In this document: piece by piece, positions 48,949 through 57,808 of the stretch
Position numbering within the stretch: position 1 is the first letter of the stretch
How the letters are laid out: the number at the start of each line of letters is the position of its first letter
Source: an uncultured Bacilli bacterium
GTDB lineage: Bacteria; Bacillota_I; Bacilli_A; RF39; UBA660
NCBI GenBank assembly: GCA_944329365.1
Contig: CALVIC010000002.1
Coordinates: forward strand, 5,062-69,061
Length of the DNA stretch: 64,000 bases
Direction of reading: 5' to 3'
Made by a program: the position numbers and the translations under genes
Notes under the pieces: generated by a model
Databases searched by the model: none
What the model was told of the DNA's origin: nothing
What the model saw: only the letters and a program-made list of their open reading frames with translations

Positions 48949-49890
48949 TTAAAAAAACAATTTTATATATAATTTAGGACTTATTAATGCGACAATTTTC
49001 TTTATAAACTTTTTCAAATTATAAGGCTTGATTCTCGAAATAACATGATTTTTTTTAATTAAACTAAAATATTTCTTATAATCTTCATCATTAAGACCAC
49101 GAAGCTTTAAAATCAAACACTCACTCATATAACTAAGCAAAATATCTTTCATTAAACAGTCTTTTATCTTTTTAAAATTCTTTATTAAATCAAAATATTG
49201 AATATAAAAATCATTGCATTTTTTTAAAATTTTATCATATTCACTACTTTTAGTTATACTTCCAGCTCTTTGAACATAAAAGTATCCATAATAATTAATA
49301 CTGCTAATCGACCTCGCGTTAAGCAAAATTAGAGGAGTTAAGCCAAAATCTTCATGATACATTCCTTTTTTATATTTAAAATTATATTTTCGCCAAAATT
49401 TAACTTTATAACAGTAAAGCCAAGCTGGTTCAACAAACGGTCTTGTAATAAGCTCTTTTATAATTAAATTAATATCCTTGTTTACATATTCAGGTATATC
49501 TCTTTTATTTATAACTTTACCTGAATCATCACAAACAACTGAATTAAATGTAACTAAGTCTGTCTGAGCCTTGCTTAAAACATTATTTAATTTTAAAAGC
49601 AAATCTTCACCTATATAATCATCAGAATCGACAAATAATAAATAATCACCTGTCACATATTTTATGCCATAATTTCTCGCATCAGAAAGTCCACCATTTT
49701 GCTTCTTAAAAACCATAAATCTTTTATCTTTATTTACAAACTTATCAATTATTTTAAAACTTCCATCAGTTGACCCATCATCTACTATAATAACTTCAAA
49801 ATTTGAATAAGTTTGATTTAATATACTGGAAAGACATTTTTCTATATATTCTTCTACATTATAAACTGGCACCACAACACTGAATCTCAT
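48949..49890 (-). CDS. GT2 glycosyltransferase
   Basis: FSVVVPVYNVEEYI...IIVDDGSTDGS...LFVDSDDY. Confidence 0.88.
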   Translation of the reverse strand: MRFSVVVPVYNVEEYIEKCLSSILNQTYSNFEVIIVDDGSTDGSFKIIDKFVNKDKRFMVFKKQNGGLSDARNYGIKYVTGDYLLFVDSDDYIGEDLLLKLNNVLSKAQTDLVTFNSVVCDDSGKVINKRDIPEYVNKDINLIIKELITRPFVEPAWLYCYKVKFWRKYNFKYKKGMYHEDFGLTPLILLNARSISSINYYGYFYVQRAGSITKSSEYDKILKKCNDFYIQYFDLIKNFKKIKDCLMKDILLSYMSECLILKLRGLNDEDYKKYFSLIKKNHVISRIKPYNLKKFIKKIVALISPKLYIKLFF

Positions 49891-49898
49891 AAAATCAC

Positions 49899-50819
49899 CT
49901 AATCTAAATAATCTTTCAAAAATATAGTTTTTAAACCCTTTAGATATTTTCTGTTACGCTTAAAAACACGGTATTTATACAAAATTTTATCTTTTAAACT
50001 AAGTTTATTAATCATCCTTCGTTTAACTCTCATATGAGAAGCTCCGCATTCCTTAAAAATCATAAACCAATCATAAACCTTACAATTAAATATTTTCTTA
50101 TTTTTCCGGTAAGCCATTAAAAGCAAGGTCTGATCATCATCAATAAATCCCACATCGAGTAATGACCACATCGCCTCATATATTAAATCATAAAATTCCT
50201 TCATCAAATGAACTGGAACCATATATGGATTGCCTTGAATATATACTTCACCATTTTGAATAATTTCAAAAATTGGCTTATTATCATCTTCTTTTAGTGC
50301 TTGTAAGTAAATTTTGTCTTCGAAATCATACTTCCATAAAAAATCAAAATCTTCTTCATTTGAGTAAGTTTCCCCTCCATGATTAAAACCAAAATCAATC
50401 CAAGCAATAAAATCATTATTTACATATTCTTTTTCTACCGCATCCATCATACACCATGTTTTTAAAAACATTATATAATCATACTTAGCCATATTATCAG
50501 GACTATACTTAATATATCTATATTTTTTATAATAGTTATCATTTTCAACTTCTTGCATTCGCTTATACATATCAGGAAATAGCTCATATATATTATCAAT
50601 GGTTACAATTTTTGTTTTTGCTTTCAGCCCGAAACCTTCACGGATTTCCAAAATTTCATCTTTAAATTCTGGCTGAGTATATATAATCACATCATTTTTC
50701 ATTCGAGCCCAAAATTTAAAATAATCTATATATTTATTATTTCCTCTAGCGTAATTACCATCAAATTCACCTCTACCAATATCAAAATATGCTGTAATTA
50801 AAGTCAATTCCTTATCCAT
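49899..50819 (-). CDS. HtrL/WlaTC-like putative glycosyltransferase
   Basis: LITAYFDIGRGEF and FIAWIDFGFNHGG resemble the HtrL_YibB family pattern (TxFxDIGR...AWIDFG) from memory. Confidence 0.55.
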   Translation of the reverse strand: MDKELTLITAYFDIGRGEFDGNYARGNNKYIDYFKFWARMKNDVIIYTQPEFKDEILEIREGFGLKAKTKIVTIDNIYELFPDMYKRMQEVENDNYYKKYRYIKYSPDNMAKYDYIMFLKTWCMMDAVEKEYVNNDFIAWIDFGFNHGGETYSNEEDFDFLWKYDFEDKIYLQALKEDDNKPIFEIIQNGEVYIQGNPYMVPVHLMKEFYDLIYEAMWSLLDVGFIDDDQTLLLMAYRKNKKIFNCKVYDWFMIFKECGASHMRVKRRMINKLSLKDKILYKYRVFKRNRKYLKGLKTIFLKDYLD

Positions 50820-51996
50820 GTTTCTCCTCCTTAAAGTCTTCCAGTAATCTAATTAAATCAAAATAATAATTTTTTGAATTAAATTTCTTAGCATGTTCAT
50901 AAGCTTTTTTACCCATTTCATCAAGTTTATCTTTCTCATTATATAATGTTAAAATTCCTTTTTTTAAATTATTAACAACATTTCTATCTTTTTCAACTAC
51001 TAAAGAAGAATCTTTATTTAAATACTCTGGTGCTCCTCCAGTTCTCGTCGCTAACATAACTTTTTTTGAAATCATTGTTTCAATGCATGCCAAAGGTGCG
51101 GCATCTTCCCACAATGAAGGAAGACACACAATGTTTGTACAAGCATAATATTTATAAACGTCCCAGTTATTAACATATCCTGTAAAAATAATTTGACTTT
51201 CATAACCTTTCACTTCTTCTTTTAATTTTTCAGTGTATTCATCACCTTTGCCATCTAAAAAATTATTAGAACCAAGTATTAAAAGTTTAATATCCTTCTT
51301 TTTAGTTGCTTTAACCGCCTTTATAAGTTCCAAAACTCCCTTAACTTTAGTAAGTCTGCCACAATAAAGTACTAAAAAATCATCTTTTTTTATTCCACAT
51401 TTCTCACGAATCTTTAACTTTTCTGAATCGCTTACATATTTATCAAACTTACTTAAATCAATTCCATTATTTAAATATTTAGTTTCAATAACCTTTGTAC
51501 TTTTTGCAAAATCATCCGTCACAAACTTTGAAACGCCTATTAATTTCGAAAAAGTTTTATCGATAAACACATTACTTTTGCCTTGATGATGAAGATGTAA
51601 AATCATTTTATCACGGGAAAAATACTTCAAAAACTCATTAAAACTTTCGTAATGACCGCCTTCAGCAATTATATAATCAAAATTCATGTTTTTTATTTTC
51701 CTAAGAACTATATGGTTATAAGTATTTAAATTAGTTTTAAATAATCTATTTGAAATATTATAAATACACCCTAAAAAAATATAAAACAAATTCTTCTTAA
51801 TATATATAAACTTAGTTTTAGAATATCTTTTACTTTCCTCAAAAGCTTTTTTACTATAAATAGAAACAACTGTTAAATCAATTCTTCCTTCTTTTTCTTG
51901 CTCTCTAACGACATTCGTAACTAAATTTTCAATCGCTCCCCCATTAACACTAGGAACTGGAAGTAAATTTGGTGTAATTAAACAAATTTTAAGCAT
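50812..51996 (-). CDS. GT4 (group 1) glycosyltransferase
   Basis: GGAIENLV N-terminus and WEDAAPLACIETMISKKVMLATRTGG (EX7E-like). 8-nt overlaps with both neighbours. Confidence 0.85.
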   Translation of the reverse strand: MLKICLITPNLLPVPSVNGGAIENLVTNVVREQEKEGRIDLTVVSIYSKKAFEESKRYSKTKFIYIKKNLFYIFLGCIYNISNRLFKTNLNTYNHIVLRKIKNMNFDYIIAEGGHYESFNEFLKYFSRDKMILHLHHQGKSNVFIDKTFSKLIGVSKFVTDDFAKSTKVIETKYLNNGIDLSKFDKYVSDSEKLKIREKCGIKKDDFLVLYCGRLTKVKGVLELIKAVKATKKKDIKLLILGSNNFLDGKGDEYTEKLKEEVKGYESQIIFTGYVNNWDVYKYYACTNIVCLPSLWEDAAPLACIETMISKKVMLATRTGGAPEYLNKDSSLVVEKDRNVVNNLKKGILTLYNEKDKLDEMGKKAYEHAKKFNSKNYYFDLIRLLEDFKEEKHG

Positions 51997-53554
51997 TAAC
52001 TTTCCTCCTTAAAAACTTATTTTTAATAATTTCAAATAAAGACTTAAACTCTTTCGTTTTAAACGTTAAAATTATAAATAATCCCAAAGCAATAATTGAA
52101 AGTACAATTGCTTTTATAAACCAAGTTAAATAATTTGTTGTCACAAATAAACTTGACAAATACGTTACAAACGCCCCTACACCAAGGGTTATTAAAAGAT
52201 AAGCAAAATACTTAATGAAATATTTCTTTGTATTCTTATTTTTGAATAAATATTTATATAAAAGTACTGGATCAGTCCAAAAGAAAGTTAAAGCTTTAGC
52301 TAAAGTCGCTCCTAAAAATATTCCAGCAACCCCAAACCATTTTGCAAATAAAATAGATAAAACAACATTTAAAATAACTTCATATAACGGAACAAGTTTA
52401 GCCTTTTCAAATAAACCACTTGTCGTCCTAAAAGAATAACAAGCAAAATTAACCCCATTAACATAAACATTTAATAAAATTGCAAATACTATAAAAAGTG
52501 AAAATAAATATTCTTTGCCTATCCATATATTAATAAAATCGTTAATAAGAGCCATTAAAAGTACACATGCAAGTCCAAATATAAAGAAGCACATAAACAA
52601 AATCTTATAAAATGTTGTTTCTTTTTTATCTTCAGTTTCCACTGCATTCAAATTTCCTATACTAGGTTCTAAAGCATTTGTAACCTGATTTAAAAACATT
52701 GTTATATAACCTGTAATTAAATAATAATTTGAATAAATACCAACCAAAGCCACCCCTAAAACAGAAGACATAACCAAATTAGCTGTTCCGTTTAAAATTG
52801 AAGGATTTAACTTATAAAATATAAGTGCTTTAACTTTACTACTAACTTCTTTCCTTTCTTCTTTTGAAAGTGGAATCACATTTTTTTCTTTGATAAACGG
52901 AAACATTTTATTAGCTTTTCTACTAATTAAAATATTATTAAGTAAAGTACAAATAATTTGAATTACTAAATAAATTATATAGTTTTTTGTTACAATTAAG
53001 AAAATAGTCTGTAAAATAACCTGAATCCACTTAAAAGCTTGACTATAAACAGAAACAATATAATTTTTTTGGTACGCATTAATAACTGCTGTCTTATGTG
53101 AATAAAAATACCCAATACAAGTATTTACTAAAAACAAAACATAAATAAAATTTAAATCTTCAGGTATTTTTGGTGGATTTTTAATAATTATTCCCATAAA
53201 CGGAATAACTAAAAGACCAAGAATAAGCATCGTCAACCCAACAATCGTATAAACCCTTCGGTAATAATTTAAAACTGTTTTTATCTTTTCCTTATCATTT
53301 TCCGCAACCGGTTTATACATCATATATAAAAGAGCAGTTCCAAAACCAAGTTCCACAAACGAAAGTGTTGATAAAATATTTGAAAAAAGTCCGTTAATAC
53401 TTAAATAATCATTGGCGAGTATTTTAATAAAAATAGTTCTACTTGCAAAACTTAAAACTAAAGAGAATAGTTGCATAAGCATCCCAACTAAACTATTTCT
53501 CACAAAATTATTAGTTCTACTATCAGTTTTCACCATTTCCTCTTGCACTAACAA
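51989..53554 (-). CDS. Wzx-type oligosaccharide flippase (MOP superfamily)
   Basis: 521 aa, about 14 TM. N-terminal FVRNSLVGMLMQLFSLVLSFASRTIFIKIL is typical of polysaccharide biosynthesis flippases. Confidence 0.8.
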   Translation of the reverse strand: MLVQEEMVKTDSRTNNFVRNSLVGMLMQLFSLVLSFASRTIFIKILANDYLSINGLFSNILSTLSFVELGFGTALLYMMYKPVAENDKEKIKTVLNYYRRVYTIVGLTMLILGLLVIPFMGIIIKNPPKIPEDLNFIYVLFLVNTCIGYFYSHKTAVINAYQKNYIVSVYSQAFKWIQVILQTIFLIVTKNYIIYLVIQIICTLLNNILISRKANKMFPFIKEKNVIPLSKEERKEVSSKVKALIFYKLNPSILNGTANLVMSSVLGVALVGIYSNYYLITGYITMFLNQVTNALEPSIGNLNAVETEDKKETTFYKILFMCFFIFGLACVLLMALINDFINIWIGKEYLFSLFIVFAILLNVYVNGVNFACYSFRTTSGLFEKAKLVPLYEVILNVVLSILFAKWFGVAGIFLGATLAKALTFFWTDPVLLYKYLFKNKNTKKYFIKYFAYLLITLGVGAFVTYLSSLFVTTNYLTWFIKAIVLSIIALGLFIILTFKTKEFKSLFEIIKNKFLRRKVNA

Positions 53555-53558
53555 TCAC

Positions 53559-54035
53559 CTACAACTTTTCTATCTCTTCCATTAACCTATTACAAAAAAA
53601 TTTATTATTAAACTCATATTCTTTAGGTTTAAACTTTTTTGATTCATTTAAAACGTTATTAAAATCATCATTTAAATCACATTTTAAAATATATCCTTCT
53701 TCGGCAAACTTATTAACTATTTGTCTTTGATGATTATTTGTATGTTCACTAAGTTCAGCAAGTCTAGGCACAGCTATAATTTTTTTATTATACTTAAGAC
53801 CTGTCAAAATATTTCCGACTCCACCATGAGTTATTAATAAATCACATTTCTTTATATACTCTTCATATTCGTCTTGTGATAATAAATCATATATCTTCAT
53901 ATTATCACTTTTATACAAAGTACATCCAGCTTGAACTATTACATCATCAATGATTTTTTCATCTATTGCTTTTTGGACTAAATCAAGCAACCTTTTAAAC
54001 GGCTTATCTTGAGTTCCTACTGTAACAAAGACCAT
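53559..54035 (-). CDS. PssE/Cps14G-like glycosyltransferase catalytic subunit (Alg13-like, Glyco_tran_28_C)
   Basis: MVFVTVGTQDKPFKRLL and ITHGGVGNI motifs. 158 aa. Confidence 0.85.
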   Translation of the reverse strand: MVFVTVGTQDKPFKRLLDLVQKAIDEKIIDDVIVQAGCTLYKSDNMKIYDLLSQDEYEEYIKKCDLLITHGGVGNILTGLKYNKKIIAVPRLAELSEHTNNHQRQIVNKFAEEGYILKCDLNDDFNNVLNESKKFKPKEYEFNNKFFCNRLMEEIEKL

Positions 54036-54044
54036 ATATACCTC

Positions 54045-54518
54045 CTAAAAAATTCCACCAAAATATTTTGCTTTTGGATATAATTTAAGCATACTTTGCC
54101 ACTGTACAACAAATAAATCAGCAAATTTATAAACAAGTCTTCCTGTAATTGTCTTAGATTCTATGTTTGCAAACGTTTCAATAAATATTACTTTACTTCC
54201 AAAAAGCTTTCCTATAAGACAAATAGGCCCCGCAATATGCGCACCAGTTGTTATAATGTATTTTGGTCTAAACCTAATAAATAAAAATAAAGAAATAAAA
54301 CAATTAGCCAGCAATTTGAACGGATAAATTAATTTATGATCTTTTGTTCCATAAATTAAAAACTTTATTTTTTTACCAAATTTATCCTTAAGTTTTAAAT
54401 TATTTTTCGTTTTTTCAGTAACTATTTGATAATTAAAATTATCAAATATACGCTTAAGCTGCATAAGTTCATTTAAATGACCACCGGTACTAGCTACAAA
54501 CCAAGCTTTTTTCTTCAT
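54045..54518 (-). CDS. PssD/Cps14F-like glycosyltransferase membrane subunit (Alg14-like)
   Basis: VASTGGHLNELMQLK motif, internal TM, 157 aa. Located immediately upstream of the Alg13-like partner. Confidence 0.85.
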   Translation of the reverse strand: MKKKAWFVASTGGHLNELMQLKRIFDNFNYQIVTEKTKNNLKLKDKFGKKIKFLIYGTKDHKLIYPFKLLANCFISLFLFIRFRPKYIITTGAHIAGPICLIGKLFGSKVIFIETFANIESKTITGRLVYKFADLFVVQWQSMLKLYPKAKYFGGIF

Positions 54519-54538
54519 ATATTTCAGCTCCTATCTTC

Positions 54539-54546
54539 ATTATACA
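54539..54546 (-). promoter_or_regulatory. extended -10 promoter (TGTATAAT) for the downstream glycan transcription unit
   Basis: Minus strand reads tgtataatgaagataggagctgaaatatATG. It lies between the terminator at 54568-54597 and ATG54518. Confidence 0.45.
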
Positions 54547-54567
54547 CGAAAAAATGCTAATAATAAA

Positions 54568-54597
54568 GAAAAAAAGTTCAAGATAAAATCTCGAACT
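54568..54597 (-). terminator. rho-independent terminator closing the 4-gene UbiA operon
   Basis: Minus strand: agttcgaga-tttta-tcttgaact (9 bp including one G-U) followed by T7. The stem overlaps the TAG stop of the 1070-aa gene. Confidence 0.65.
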
Positions 54598-57500
54598 ATT
54601 TCAAATTCCCTGTTTCATCAAGCAAGAAAAGTAAAAGCTCTGAAGCCGTCCATGTATGAAGTGGAGAAATTTCGTTATTTACTAAATAACTATCAATTAC
54701 CTTCATCTTCTTATAATTAGCTTCACTACCCTTTTTCTCATAAGAAATTGGATATAAGTTTTTATTTAAATAAATCTTTCCCCTACCTGTTTTATGATAT
54801 TGAGCAATCGAAAGATAAGGATAATCTTCAGACAAATTATTTTCAAAATACGCTGTCGAACTTTTTCCATACCACCAAGTTAATCCATCATAACTATCTT
54901 CTGTATCATAATTAGCAAAAGAATTCTTAAAACCTAGAGACTTCATTCCAAAGTTATACCACTTATTTTGATAAGTATCATGATAACCACCGTCAGTAAA
55001 TCCGTGTAAATAAAAACCATTTTCATTATTTGAAGCATTTTTTAAAGCTTCCATTCGAATATCTTCAATCAAATCATTATGGTCGTTTTTAGAAATAGAA
55101 ACAATATATAAAAGTTCTCCTAAATTATCTGGCTCCGCATTATCTGCATTCTGCTTATCGTAAACATCATCAATTGAAGAAATCCAGTCATCTATTAATT
55201 CTACATTATCTGTTTGCTTCAAAACCATCGCCATCATTGCTGCATCACGATACCACGGCTTATCATAAACAAATATATTGGGATATGGCATTGAATTTTT
55301 TATATTAAATAATATCTCTCCATATAAAACCTTTTTCATATTTTTATATTTTTGATTATTAAAGCTTTCTAGATTAATATATTTATCTGTCCCTCTAATA
55401 ATTTCTTTATTATCATCAGTGCAAACAAATACGCCATCTTCATTTTCATATATTTTAACTTTTTTACCATCTTTTGTAATAAGCACAACCATATATTCAT
55501 TTGGAATAATTAAATATTTTGAAACATTCCATTTATATAAAACTTTACCCGTTGACGTATCAGTAATCATACCATCTTTATATAGTAGTTTTAATCTGTT
55601 TCCAAAGCCAAACAAATAATAATCATCTGGACCAACATCCACTAATTCTGTACTATAATTATTTATAAAATTATCATATTCATCGCAATAATCCAAATAA
55701 CTTTCATATTCCGAAGCAAAACTTCTTTTAATTTCATCATTATCTTTTTTTACAACTTCTTTTACTTCTCTTTGATTTATATTATCTAATTGAATTCCAA
55801 ATAACTTTTCATGAACTGGTGCTGTTTTTATTCCAATAAAAATCAGGCTTAATGTATAAAAGCAAACAACAATCGAAAACACATTTTGCACCTTCTTGTC
55901 TTTTTTTATTATATTTTTATAAATTAAATAAATCAAAATATAACAAGCAAAAGTAATCAATAAAATTAAAAATAACAAATCAAAGCCACTCATTACACTT
56001 CTAAAATAATTTGAATGCAAGATATTCCCTGCTACCGAAAGAATAAATCTAAAATCAATAAAATTAACAGTAAATTCAATTAAAAGTATCATTAACAAAA
56101 CATAATTTAATATTTTATTCTTTCTTTCATTTTTAAATGGTTTATAATTAATAAACAAAAGTAAAAAAGGTAAATATAAGAAATGACAAGAATACAAAAA
56201 CGGTTGCGAACCATATACTAAATGCAGACATGTATTAAAACTTAAAGCTAAAATCACACCGATATTTAACCATAAGTTTTTTCTAAAATTTCTTATAACA
56301 AAATATAAAACTAATCCATAAAATACAATAAAAGCAAATACCGATAGAACTCTTGTTTCCCCAAAAGTAATCATATAACTATTACTTTCTGAAGTTTCAA
56401 CTGACAATTTTGAAGCAACTAAAGAATTAATATAAACATCTTTAAATACATCTTTTATTTTATCCAAAGTAACATTATAATCAGTATATTTTTCTTCCTC
56501 TTTATAATTATCTTCTGACTCATAAATTAAAGTAGTATTAGACCAAACTAAGTTTTGAACATAAGAAAGTCCAATAGTTAAAACAACAACCAATATATTT
56601 ACAAATAATATCTTTTTTAAACTTATTTTCTTTGAAAACAATAAAATTAATGAAACAATTAAAAAGATAAAATAATTAGTAACCGTAAAAGCAACCGAAG
56701 ATATACCAAGTAAAACTAAAAAGAAAATATTCTTATTAGAAACATCTTTAGATTTAAATATTTTTATAGTTTGATACCAAAGTAAAATCAAAAAGAATGC
56801 TGCAACATTATAAACTTCTATTCCTGCCGTAAAAACAAAATAAGTAAAAGAAAATCCAAATAAAGAACATATTAAAATTTTAAATAATTTATTATCAGAA
56901 AATATTGAACCAATTAAATACAAAACAACTACAGATAAACTACTGATTAATGATGAAAAAATTATTAGTGATAACATACTATCATTAGTAATTCCATTAA
57001 AAAATAAAATAATAGGTTCAATAAAAATGACATACAAAGGATGAACTCTTATTCTATAATGATCTCCTAATATATTAGAAAAATCGCCAATAACTCTTGC
57101 TGTATCCGAATCAAAAAGTAAATCATAATTATTCTTAAAATCATAATTATATGAAAGAAAAACACCAATAATCAAATAAAAAGTCAAAAAGAATATAAAT
57201 AATCCAAACGCAACTTTACTATTTCTTTTTTTTATAATAATTTTATCATTCCAAATTGTAACCTTATCTTCACAAGCATAAAAAGATTCATTAGCCATAT
57301 TTACTAAGGGTAAATCTTCTTCAAGACAAGTGTAAATTTTGTCAATCTTTTTATTTTTAAGTCTTTTTAACTTTTCTTTTCCATCACAATATTTGCCATC
57401 AATATTGCCAGTTTTTAAATTATATTTATTCCCAATAACCATTACCTTATATTTTAACTCAAAAAACTCTTTGAACAAAAACTCTGGTACATCACTAGTA

Positions 57501-57808
57501 ACACATATTTTTTTGTTTTCACTATTAATAGTCGCTAAAAAATTATCATCTATTTTTTTTGAATACTTTTTCCAAAAATCTTCTACCAAAAAATTCTTGT
57601 CATCAAAAAAAAACATAAAAGAATAAAATTTTTCAATGTATCTTTTCTTATCAATAATTCTAAATAAACTTAAAAATTTGTAAAACAAAATTATTGGTAA
57701 ATAAAAAATTATACTAATTTTTTTACTTAAAGCAAAAAACAAAAAATCAAAATTAACATTCCCTTTATAAATAGTTTTATTAAAATTATAAACCCAAAGT
57801 TTCTGCAT
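54596..57808 (-). CDS. 1070-aa fusion: cytoplasmic HAD-IB-like domain (degenerate motifs) + about 14-TM GT-C-like membrane domain + about 400-aa extracytoplasmic C-terminal domain
   Basis: Start chosen at MQKLWVYNFNKT (GGAGGAG Shine-Dalgarno; 23-nt overlap with the UbiA gene). HAD-IB-like layout: YNFNKTI (motif I position), KICVTSD (II), CDGKEKLKRL (III), YTCLEEDLPLVNMA (IV). First loop after TM1 is LLFDSDTARVIGD. The C-terminal domain contains PWYRDAAMMAMVL. Confidence 0.6.
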   Translation of the reverse strand: MQKLWVYNFNKTIYKGNVNFDFLFFALSKKISIIFYLPIILFYKFLSLFRIIDKKRYIEKFYSFMFFFDDKNFLVEDFWKKYSKKIDDNFLATINSENKKICVTSDVPEFLFKEFFELKYKVMVIGNKYNLKTGNIDGKYCDGKEKLKRLKNKKIDKIYTCLEEDLPLVNMANESFYACEDKVTIWNDKIIIKKRNSKVAFGLFIFFLTFYLIIGVFLSYNYDFKNNYDLLFDSDTARVIGDFSNILGDHYRIRVHPLYVIFIEPIILFFNGITNDSMLSLIIFSSLISSLSVVVLYLIGSIFSDNKLFKILICSLFGFSFTYFVFTAGIEVYNVAAFFLILLWYQTIKIFKSKDVSNKNIFFLVLLGISSVAFTVTNYFIFLIVSLILLFSKKISLKKILFVNILVVVLTIGLSYVQNLVWSNTTLIYESEDNYKEEEKYTDYNVTLDKIKDVFKDVYINSLVASKLSVETSESNSYMITFGETRVLSVFAFIVFYGLVLYFVIRNFRKNLWLNIGVILALSFNTCLHLVYGSQPFLYSCHFLYLPFLLLFINYKPFKNERKNKILNYVLLMILLIEFTVNFIDFRFILSVAGNILHSNYFRSVMSGFDLLFLILLITFACYILIYLIYKNIIKKDKKVQNVFSIVVCFYTLSLIFIGIKTAPVHEKLFGIQLDNINQREVKEVVKKDNDEIKRSFASEYESYLDYCDEYDNFINNYSTELVDVGPDDYYLFGFGNRLKLLYKDGMITDTSTGKVLYKWNVSKYLIIPNEYMVVLITKDGKKVKIYENEDGVFVCTDDNKEIIRGTDKYINLESFNNQKYKNMKKVLYGEILFNIKNSMPYPNIFVYDKPWYRDAAMMAMVLKQTDNVELIDDWISSIDDVYDKQNADNAEPDNLGELLYIVSISKNDHNDLIEDIRMEALKNASNNENGFYLHGFTDGGYHDTYQNKWYNFGMKSLGFKNSFANYDTEDSYDGLTWWYGKSSTAYFENNLSEDYPYLSIAQYHKTGRGKIYLNKNLYPISYEKKGSEANYKKMKVIDSYLVNNEISPLHTWTASELLLFLLDETGNLK

